From Clostridiales bacterium (GTDB lineage Bacteria; Bacillota; Clostridia; Saccharofermentanales; Saccharofermentanaceae): a stretch of DNA of 64,000 nt. The translations under genes were made by a program, and so were the position numbers. The notes under the pieces are model-generated. The model did no database searches, had not been told where the DNA came from, and worked only from the letters and a program-made list of their open reading frames with translations. The DNA lies in contig JAFRST010000062.1 of NCBI GenBank assembly GCA_017427465.1, forward strand, positions 703 through 64,702. Direction: 5' to 3'. Below are positions 56,543 through 64,000 of this stretch, piece after piece; the first letter of the stretch is position 1; each line of letters starts with the position of its first letter.

Positions 56543-56608
56543 TGCTGTATTCCTTTCATGTTCGCTTCGCATTTCCTGAGTCAATTGACTTGCTCTGCTT
56601 TTACCTAT

Positions 56609-56683
56609 AGGACGACACAAAAATCCGTAAGGTTCTTTTTCTGTGAAAAGATCAGAGAACCTCCGCAATTTTCATGTCGTCCT
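56609..56683. promoter_or_regulatory. Back-to-back divergent ECF-type promoters GAACC-N16-CGTCCT
   Basis: Minus copy 56635-56609, plus copy 56657-56683. Confidence 0.75.
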
Positions 56684-56926
56684 GTAAGTAAAGAAAGAGA
56701 CACAAAGACAGGGGTCATTTGCATGCTGATAAGAGAAGTTCCTTTCCTCACAAGGTTTTTCAGGGCTTTAGCAGAAGATATAAGAATACCTGAGACGAAG
56801 CCGCCCTTGCCGGAACCCGGGAAAACCTGTCAGAGGAGGTGTCCGGAAGGAAACGGCAATGAAAGCAGTTAGCGAAAGTTGCAGACACAGATAAATGAAT
56901 TAGAATTAAAATAGCGAGGTTTAATT

Positions 56927-58888
56927 ATGGATAGTCAGACAAATAATATTTTTGATCAGTATGCAGAACTCGTAAGACGCTATAAGACAGGTGATGAATC
57001 CGCCTTTACCGAGATCTACACGAGATCTAAGCAGATGGTGTATGTTACATGCTTCGGAATCCTTAACAATGAGCAGGATGCAGAAGATGCAATGCAGGAG
57101 ACGTACATAACCGCGTATAGCAAGATAGACACGTTGAGTGATGAGAACGCCTTTATCCACTGGTTAAAAACGATTGCCGCAAACAAAGCCCGCGATAAGT
57201 TCAAATCCAGGAAAAACCTTTCTTCAATCGACGATATCATACCTGATGAAACTGATATCGAAGGTGATGATAATCTTGAGAATCTTCCTGATGCACTTGT
57301 TCTCGAAAAAGACAAAAGAGACACTTTCTATAGAATAATGCGTAGCGAGCTCTCAGACGATCAATTCCAGACGATCCTCTTGTATTATTATGATGAACTG
57401 CCTGTATCAGATATCGCTAAGATCATGGACTGCCCTGACAACACCATTAAAACTAAGCTCAGGCTTGCCCGCGTCAAGATAAAGAACGGAATAGAGGCAT
57501 TCGAGAAGACTAATAAGATAAGCCTTATGGGAGGCGCCGCCGGTGCTCAGACGCTCGGCAACTTTTTCAAATCGTTCTATGGCCAGACAGGTGTTCCTGC
57601 ACTTAAAGGTCTTCCGTTCAGTACAGGCTTGGGAACGGTCGGAACATCCGGGACTGAAGTTGAACTTGCGGCCAAGACCGCAAGTGACGCAGGCGCTAAA
57701 GCCGGAAGCAAAGCTGCTGTCAAGGCAGCCACAGGAAAAGGTGCAAAGACAGCAGCAACAAGGACCACAGGCAAGATCCTGGCAATAATAGGATCTTCAG
57801 TATTGGGTGCTGCTTTGCTTGGTGGCGGAACCTATGCCGTTATTCAGACTGTCGCAAAAAAAGAACCGGAAGAGATAGATCTAAGTGATTATTTCTCCTA
57901 TGAGTTCTCCGGTTATGACGGTGATGGCATTGTAACTTACACTATTGATTATGAGAGTATCCTTGAAGATTACGATCGCCTGGATGAGCTAAGAGTCTCA
58001 AAGCTTGAGAAAAATATCAGTGGTGAATGGGACCGTTCCTCAGAACTCAGCAACGGAGAAACCATCGTTTTCAAGTGGGATACGGATCTTGAAGATGTTG
58101 AGGAAGAATACAATGTTATCTTCGTCTGTGAAAATATCGAAGCGGTCGTAAATGATCTTGAAGAACTTCCGGAGATCGATCCGTTTGAATCGTTTAATAT
58201 AAGTTTTTCAGGAATATCTTCCGAAGGTTACGTCGATAATTTCACCTGGTCAACAAGCACCGCCATCGGTGAAGTTTATTATGCTCTTTCATCTGATCAC
58301 GGATTGAGTAACGGAGATGTAATAACTGTTACTGCTTCCGGTTGGTTAACAGATATAGACGATATGGCAAAAGATGCCCATTACATGATATCCAGAAAAA
58401 CAATAGAAGTAACCGTTGAGGGTCTTGATGAATATGTAAAGAGCAGCAGCGAGATTACAGATAAGTTTGTGACTCAAATTCAGTCGAGAGCTTTCGATGT
58501 CTACAAGAGCGACCATACCTGGTACAGATACCATTCTCTTGAGGTTGAAGGAACCTATTTCCTTAGTAGCAATGGCAAAACTGATCATAAAAATATCTAC
58601 TTTGTTGTTCTTAAAGCAACAAGAGAACTAAGCTACCCGGATGCAGAAGTGGAACAATATTATTACGTATGTTTCTATGATTTGATCCGCCACTATGACG
58701 GAACGATGTATGATGCCGAACAGTTTGGCTATGAACGGTCTTACGGCACTGAATTATATTACATAGAGCCTTATGGCGCGACATTTGAGGCCGAAGGTCA
58801 TGTTATCATGGGTTATCCTGATCTGGACAGCCTTTACGCAGACGCTATCGAGCCTTTGCTGACTAATTATACATGCGAATCCGCATGA
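56927..58888 (+). CDS. ECF sigma factor fused to linker, TM helix and extracellular repeat domain
   Basis: DAEDAMQETY, WLKTIAAN, region-4 HTH; TM; two FSG..G...LSNG repeats. Confidence 0.88.
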   Translation: MDSQTNNIFDQYAELVRRYKTGDESAFTEIYTRSKQMVYVTCFGILNNEQDAEDAMQETYITAYSKIDTLSDENAFIHWLKTIAANKARDKFKSRKNLSSIDDIIPDETDIEGDDNLENLPDALVLEKDKRDTFYRIMRSELSDDQFQTILLYYYDELPVSDIAKIMDCPDNTIKTKLRLARVKIKNGIEAFEKTNKISLMGGAAGAQTLGNFFKSFYGQTGVPALKGLPFSTGLGTVGTSGTEVELAAKTASDAGAKAGSKAAVKAATGKGAKTAATRTTGKILAIIGSSVLGAALLGGGTYAVIQTVAKKEPEEIDLSDYFSYEFSGYDGDGIVTYTIDYESILEDYDRLDELRVSKLEKNISGEWDRSSELSNGETIVFKWDTDLEDVEEEYNVIFVCENIEAVVNDLEELPEIDPFESFNISFSGISSEGYVDNFTWSTSTAIGEVYYALSSDHGLSNGDVITVTASGWLTDIDDMAKDAHYMISRKTIEVTVEGLDEYVKSSSEITDKFVTQIQSRAFDVYKSDHTWYRYHSLEVEGTYFLSSNGKTDHKNIYFVVLKATRELSYPDAEVEQYYYVCFYDLIRHYDGTMYDAEQFGYERSYGTELYYIEPYGATFEAEGHVIMGYPDLDSLYADAIEPLLTNYTCESA

Positions 58889-58912
58889 TACTTCATTAAA
58901 AACGCAATACAC

Positions 58913-58947
58913 AAAGGGCTGTCTCAGCTGTTCTGAGACAACCCTTT
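58913..58947. terminator. Bidirectional terminator
   Basis: AAAGGGCTGTCTCAG/CTGAGACAACCCTTT between convergent genes. Confidence 0.75.
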
Positions 58948-58982
58948 TGTCATTCGAGAAAGATATAAAATAAAAACCTATA

Positions 58983-60134
58983 TCAGATCATCATCTTATA
59001 AATATTCGCACAGTCGTTCTCGTCGAGAGTGACAAATCCTGAGATCGTGCCGTCACGTCCATCGCCATAGCAGAGGTTCTTAACAAGTACAGGAATATCC
59101 TCTTCCTTGCCTCCGAGCTCGCCTAATGTTGAAGGCATGCCGATCGAGATGAGGAACTGCTTGAAAGCCTCGATGCCTTCTTCGGCTGTCTCAACGCCCC
59201 AGACTCTTTTCGCGACCTGCTCAAAGCGTGCAACGTCGTGATCCATTACATACTTGAAGACCGCGGGCATAGTGACCGCAAGGCCTGCACCATGGGCGCA
59301 GTCGTAGAGAGCTGATAACTCGTGCTCGATGTTATGGCTGTTCCAGTCCTGGGATCTGCCGACGCCGCAGGAATTGGTGTGAGCCATAGTGCCTGCCCAC
59401 ATGATGTTCGCGCGCGCCTGGTAATCATTGGGATCAGCTATGACCTTGGGACCTTCATTCTTCATAGTGATGAGGAGTGCTTCGATCAGTCTGTCGGTAA
59501 CTTCAACATCCTTGGAATTTGTGAGGTAACGCTCATAGAGGTGAGCCATGATGTCGGTGATGCCGCATGCCGTCTGATAAGCAGGAAGCGTCTGTGTGAG
59601 CTCAGGGTTAAGGATGCTGAACTTAGGCCTGATGCCCTCGCCGCTTGCGCCGCGCTTGTACATGCCTTCTTCCTTAGTGATGACCGAGTCACCGGAGCCT
59701 TCGCTGCCTGCTGCCGCTATCGTAAGAACTGTTCCTACAGGGAGAGCCTTTTCGATCGGCTTGCCGCAATAAAAATCCCAGAAATCACCGTCGTAAACGA
59801 CACCTGCAGCGATTGCCTTGGATGAATCGATGGAGCTTCCGCCGCCTACTGCGAGAATGAAGTCAACGCCTTCTTTCCTGCACAACTCAATGCCTTCGTA
59901 AACGAGGCCGCTCCTCGGATTCGGCTTTACGCCGCCAAGCTCAACATAAGGAATGCCCTCGCCATCAAGTGATTCTTTTACGCGGTCCAAAAGGCCAGAA
60001 CGGACAACGCTTCCGCCGCCGTAGTGGATCAATACCTTTGAGCCTCCGAAAGCTTTTACGAGCCTGCCGGCCTCAGCCTCCGTGCCCTTGCCGAAAACGA
60101 ATTTTGTAGGTGAATAGAATGTGAAATTTTCCAT
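58983..60134 (-). CDS. Iron-containing alcohol dehydrogenase
   Basis: AVGGGSSIDSSK; HNIEHELSA; HGAG. Confidence 0.92.
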   Translation of the reverse strand: MENFTFYSPTKFVFGKGTEAEAGRLVKAFGGSKVLIHYGGGSVVRSGLLDRVKESLDGEGIPYVELGGVKPNPRSGLVYEGIELCRKEGVDFILAVGGGSSIDSSKAIAAGVVYDGDFWDFYCGKPIEKALPVGTVLTIAAAGSEGSGDSVITKEEGMYKRGASGEGIRPKFSILNPELTQTLPAYQTACGITDIMAHLYERYLTNSKDVEVTDRLIEALLITMKNEGPKVIADPNDYQARANIMWAGTMAHTNSCGVGRSQDWNSHNIEHELSALYDCAHGAGLAVTMPAVFKYVMDHDVARFEQVAKRVWGVETAEEGIEAFKQFLISIGMPSTLGELGGKEEDIPVLVKNLCYGDGRDGTISGFVTLDENDCANIYKMMI

Positions 60135-60147
60135 GCATTATCTCCTT

Positions 60148-60873
60148 TTATTTGATACTTTTGACTGCTTCTTCGATCGTCATTCCCGCGAAGTCCTGCG
60201 CGTGGAAGATCTGCCCGTTAACGCTGTCGTCTGTGAATGCTCCGACAATGACGCCGGGGATAGCGCTCTCGGGTGCGTTGGGAGCATTGGGGCCGCCAAG
60301 GTCTGTCCTGCACCAGCCGGGATCGGTGAGGTTCATTGTGACACCTGTACCTCCGAGTCTTGAAGCCATGTCTTTAGTGATCTTATCGAGCGCTGCCTTA
60401 GCTGCGGAATATCCTGCCTGCTCGGGCTCTTTGTCGATGCCGCTCGTCGTGTTTACGATGCGTCCGAAGCCTCTGTCTATCATCTTTGGAAGGAAGTGAT
60501 AGCAGATCATGGCGGGAGCTATGGTATTGACATTGAAGCTTACGGTGTAATCTTCGGCAGGCGTTTTATAGTAGTCTGTTCTGTATGCGATCTGAAGTCC
60601 CGCATTATTCAAAATGATATCGACATCAACACCCAAAGCATCAATGTCCTCGCACATTTTAAGAACCGTAGGAATGTCATTTAAGTCAGCTGCAAAGGAC
60701 TTGCAGTCAGAACCCAAAGCCTTTATCTCCTCTTCAAGTGAAGCGGTGTGTTCCACGCTTCTGCTCTGCAGGATAAGGTTGCAGCCCTGCTCTGCCATCT
60801 TCTTTGCGGCAAGCCTTCCGATGCCTCTGGAAGCGCCTGTAACAAGTGCCCATTTGCCTTTAAGATCCAACAT
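60148..60873 (-). CDS. SDR oxidoreductase (start MLDLKGK)
   Basis: TGASRGIG; NNAG; YSAAK. Confidence 0.9.
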   Translation of the reverse strand: MLDLKGKWALVTGASRGIGRLAAKKMAEQGCNLILQSRSVEHTASLEEEIKALGSDCKSFAADLNDIPTVLKMCEDIDALGVDVDIILNNAGLQIAYRTDYYKTPAEDYTVSFNVNTIAPAMICYHFLPKMIDRGFGRIVNTTSGIDKEPEQAGYSAAKAALDKITKDMASRLGGTGVTMNLTDPGWCRTDLGGPNAPNAPESAIPGVIVGAFTDDSVNGQIFHAQDFAGMTIEEAVKSIK

Positions 60874-60886
60874 ATCCGGGCCTCCG

Positions 60887-61411
60887 TCAAGCGTAATAAA
60901 CGTAGTTGTCTTTGCGGGGTGCGGGATCGTTAGAAGGCTCTGCTGCATAGCCTAATGCGCAATGGCCGATGCCTTCGTAATTGCCGGCGATGCCAAGCTT
61001 TGCAAGAAGAGCCTTGCCGAAGTCAGATTCGAATTCTTCCTTTGCCCTGTGGATCCAGATGCTTGCGATGCCGAGGCTCTCAGCTGCATTCATCAGATTA
61101 CCCATAACAAGCGATCCGTCGTAAACATAAGTCGGGATATCCTTATTCGCGAGAACGATGAGGATCACTGGAGCGCCGTAGAAAGGATCGAATCCTTCGC
61201 CCCATCCGCCGATCTTACGGTTCTCTTCGGAGATCTCGTCACGCAGCTCTTTGGAGGTTACTGCAATGATGAGAGGGCTTTGTTTGCCCATGCCTGTAGC
61301 AGCATAAGTGCCTGCTTTGATGATGGCCTTGAGGTCTTCGTCTTTGACCATGCCGGGTTTAAAATTCCTGCAGCTTCTTCTGGTCTCAAGGACCTTCAGT
61401 GTCTCGTTCAT
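60887..61411 (-). CDS. Nitroreductase family protein (start MNETLK)
   Basis: RRSCRNF; AAESLGIASIWI; ALGY. Confidence 0.9.
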   Translation of the reverse strand: MNETLKVLETRRSCRNFKPGMVKDEDLKAIIKAGTYAATGMGKQSPLIIAVTSKELRDEISEENRKIGGWGEGFDPFYGAPVILIVLANKDIPTYVYDGSLVMGNLMNAAESLGIASIWIHRAKEEFESDFGKALLAKLGIAGNYEGIGHCALGYAAEPSNDPAPRKDNYVYYA

Positions 61412-61491
61412 CTGCTTAATCCTCCTTGTTACTCTGAACTGATTACTATTCTTCACGATAACGATTCGGATGTATATCAGATGGCTTGTTT

Positions 61492-62604
61492 TTATTCGCC
61501 CATCATTTCTTTTCTGTAGGGATTGTCCTCAGATGCGTCAAAGCCCGGAAGCAGATATTCGTCCTTCATATAATCGTGGACATCAAGATCTAAACTGTAG
61601 TTGCAGAACACGATCGCAACATATGTGATCTTTGTGTTGCCGTCAGAATTCTCAGGCACCATCGCGTAGACAAATCCGTTGTAGTCATCGGAGTCCATGG
61701 CGACAATATCGTAGCCGTCAGGCTCCTTGCCTGTTACGGTGTAAATATCTTTAAAGTCGTCCACTCCGATCGCCGTCAGACGGCCTATCTCTTCCTCAAA
61801 GCCGTCTTTATGATCCAGCGTCATGTAAACGATATACTGGCCGTCCCACGGATTATAGTAAGTGAGCTGGTATTCTGTGACTTCGGCGTTTGACGGTATC
61901 TTGTCAGGGAAAACATCGAACATCTCATAATCGCCCATCGCGTATTCGTTATTCTTGCCGCTGTGGATGTATTGGTTGTATTCATTTATGTTGGTGCTCA
62001 CTTCTACTTTGGCATTTGTGAAGATCGCATACATAATGGCAAACCCGAAAATCATAAACAGCACATAATGTGTAACTACTGCCAGAAGTACAATGGTCGT
62101 TACCTTTATGGCTTTTACGGCCTTCCTGTTCTTGCTTATCTTTTGGAGAACTCCCGTAACGTAGAGCGTAATTATGCACATTATCACAAATCCCACAAAG
62201 GTAGCGAAAACTGCTAATGCGCGCTTAAGATCCGGTTCGTACGACAGCGTCTGCAAAACCAGCGCAATTATCGTGATGACCACGCCTGCAATACTTGCAA
62301 CTTGTATTACCCTTAAAAGCTTGCTTTTCTCATTGCCGGCATAGGTCGCCATCTTGTCGGCAACCTCTTTTATTTCCTTATCCATCATCTCGCTTTTCCT
62401 TTCCCCGTCTATGATCTCCCTTACATCTACATCATAGAAATCGGCTATCTCGACCAGCAAAGAAATATCAGGCAGATTGGTTCCGGTCTCCCATCTTGAG
62501 ACTGATCTGTTACTGACATTAAATTGCTTAGCCAGCTGTTCCTGTGTGAGCTTCTTTTCATTGCGGAGCATCTTCAGGAACTGTCCTGTTTTCTTCTGAT
62601 CCAA
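61492..62604 (-). CDS. Membrane-tethered XRE regulator (HTH, 3 TM, extracellular domain)
   Basis: LTQEQLA..VSNRSVSRWETG; TTG start with AAGGAGG RBS. Confidence 0.85.
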   Translation of the reverse strand: MDQKKTGQFLKMLRNEKKLTQEQLAKQFNVSNRSVSRWETGTNLPDISLLVEIADFYDVDVREIIDGERKSEMMDKEIKEVADKMATYAGNEKSKLLRVIQVASIAGVVITIIALVLQTLSYEPDLKRALAVFATFVGFVIMCIITLYVTGVLQKISKNRKAVKAIKVTTIVLLAVVTHYVLFMIFGFAIMYAIFTNAKVEVSTNINEYNQYIHSGKNNEYAMGDYEMFDVFPDKIPSNAEVTEYQLTYYNPWDGQYIVYMTLDHKDGFEEEIGRLTAIGVDDFKDIYTVTGKEPDGYDIVAMDSDDYNGFVYAMVPENSDGNTKITYVAIVFCNYSLDLDVHDYMKDEYLLPGFDASEDNPYRKEMMGE

Positions 62605-62852
62605 TGTCCGGTACCTCCTTTCAGGCAGCTTCAGGATACGGCTTTGATTCGGGAATTAACACGACACAAAGCGAGAATTGCCGTGTTTTGGGGCCTTTGG
62701 ACACATCGTGTCCTGCCGTTTTCGAGATTATTATATCGCTAAACCGCTTCCAGTTCTGAAACTGCCCCCGGGTTCAAATAATCTTGATTTGACGCCCAAA
62801 TATATTAAGATATTGCGTAATGGAATAAGATTTTTGGGGAAGGGAAAGATAA

Positions 62853-64000
62853 ATGGCAACACTATGTAAAAATTGCAGCCACGCACTTGTTTTCGATCCG
62901 GCAACGCAAAAACTCTTCTGCTCATCGTGCGGAAGTTCTTACAGACCGGAAGACATCGAGGCTGAATCAAAAGAATACAGACAGGATCTCAGAGCAGAGT
63001 CCATGGAGAAGATCTATGACTCCAAGGACAAGGATCTCATGGACTGCTATGTATACTCCTGCAGCGAGTGCGGAGGCGAGATCATCATCAACGGTTCTGA
63101 AGCTTCAACGACCTGCGTATACTGCGGCAACCCGAACGTCGTGTTCAGCAGGATCGCAAAGCAGAAATGTCCCGAGTTCGTGCTGCCCTTCTCGATCACA
63201 AAAGAGCAGGCAATCGACCGTGTCCGCAAGAAGCTCAAGAAGGGCATCTTCATCCCAAAGGAGATAAAGAACTTTTCGATCGACTGCATCAGGGGAATCT
63301 ATATTCCGTTCTGGATCATTAATGCGGAATATACTAACGCAGTCGTCATCCAGGGACAGGTAAAGAGCGGCAAGAACTCCGTCACAAGATATTTCGGAAG
63401 AGCCGGCAGGATGCGCCTTAATAATCTTCCGATCGATGCCTCCCAGGCTCTTTCTGACGAGAGCAGCTCAAAGCTCGAACCGTTCGACTTAAAGATGCTC
63501 AAGCCTTTTGATGAAGACTATCTCGCAGGCTTCTATTCGAATGTCTCCGATGTCACTTACAGCGATCTGAAGTTCTCTACACTTAACAGGGCCAAGGAAT
63601 ACTTCGAAGAAGAGGCTATGGCTGATGTCCATGCCAGCAGAAAGACGGTCATATCGTCACAGCCGTCTCTCAAGATCCATAACAATATGGTCTATGCGAT
63701 GCTGCCCGCGTGGTTCATCACATTCAAATATAAGGGCAAACCCAACACCATTCTCGTTAACGGAGATAACGGAAAAGTCGTATGCGCGCTTCCCTGGAAC
63801 AAGGGTCTGTTCTACTCGCTCCTTTTCACAGTCGGAGCTGTCTTCACATCGGCGGCATACATCGCATTCAAGTATACACTGCCGATATTTTTCGCAGGCC
63901 GTTCGTCTTCATCAAGCAACGACAGCAGAGGCAAGATCATTGCAGTCCTCGTCGCGGGAATCATCGCTCTGTTCACCGTCGGCATCAAAAAGATGATAAA
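62853..64000 (+). CDS. Zinc-ribbon-containing membrane protein (MATLCKNCSH...), runs off the window; absent from the ORF track
   Basis: CKNC, CSSCG, CSECGG, CVYCG; LPFSITKEQA; GIYIPFW; C-terminal TM helices. Confidence 0.82.
   Translation, partial: MATLCKNCSHALVFDPATQKLFCSSCGSSYRPEDIEAESKEYRQDLRAESMEKIYDSKDKDLMDCYVYSCSECGGEIIINGSEASTTCVYCGNPNVVFSRIAKQKCPEFVLPFSITKEQAIDRVRKKLKKGIFIPKEIKNFSIDCIRGIYIPFWIINAEYTNAVVIQGQVKSGKNSVTRYFGRAGRMRLNNLPIDASQALSDESSSKLEPFDLKMLKPFDEDYLAGFYSNVSDVTYSDLKFSTLNRAKEYFEEEAMADVHASRKTVISSQPSLKIHNNMVYAMLPAWFITFKYKGKPNTILVNGDNGKVVCALPWNKGLFYSLLFTVGAVFTSAAYIAFKYTLPIFFAGRSSSSSNDSRGKIIAVLVAGIIALFTVGIKKMI

Noticed and set aside
56815-56860. SRP RNA (ffs)
   Set aside because: TCCGGAAGGA is present but the flanking CAGG/AGCAG symmetric loop is not intact; kept only as an unknown structured leader

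Overview
Chromosomal window from a Clostridia-like anaerobic Bacillota (rumen/gut style; the taxon is inferred from T-box, sortase B, ECF transporter and sigma-A promoter usage). There is no rRNA, tRNA, CRISPR array, transposase or integrase. Content: two large BspA-like LRR surface proteins; pheS-pheT with a Phe T-box; mnmA; a sulfur regulon (Rrf2/IscR-type regulator, nifS-nifU, cystathionine lyase/synthase, MetNIQ, ECF S component, glutamate-cysteine-ligase-like plus class II amidotransferase, Fe-ADH, AhpD-like); GGDEF, serine hydrolase, GNATs and methyltransferases; an FCT-type sortase-B pilus cluster with a fibro-slime adhesin; orphan luxE-luxC; corA; zinc-ribbon/SHOCT proteins; two ECF sigma factors; oxidoreductases. 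The most interesting signals lie below the ORF-track cutoff or in intergenic DNA. (1) Each LRR gene is followed by a homologous 32-36 aa peptide (YxELDxxVIxFENxDIITDS). (2) Two homologous Cys/Met-rich leader peptides (MCC(C)RM...RA...RC*) with terminator/antiterminator sit behind a shared Rrf2 operator. (3) Two paralogous leaderless Vsr/DUF559-like genes each carry a ~110 bp gapless imperfect palindrome and phased TTTGTCG repeats. (4) An ECF promoter (GAACC-N16-CGTCCT) occurs three times. (5) There is an unannotated type I toxin-antitoxin module. (6) A further leader-peptide attenuator precedes a methyltransferase. All functional interpretations are unverified by database search.
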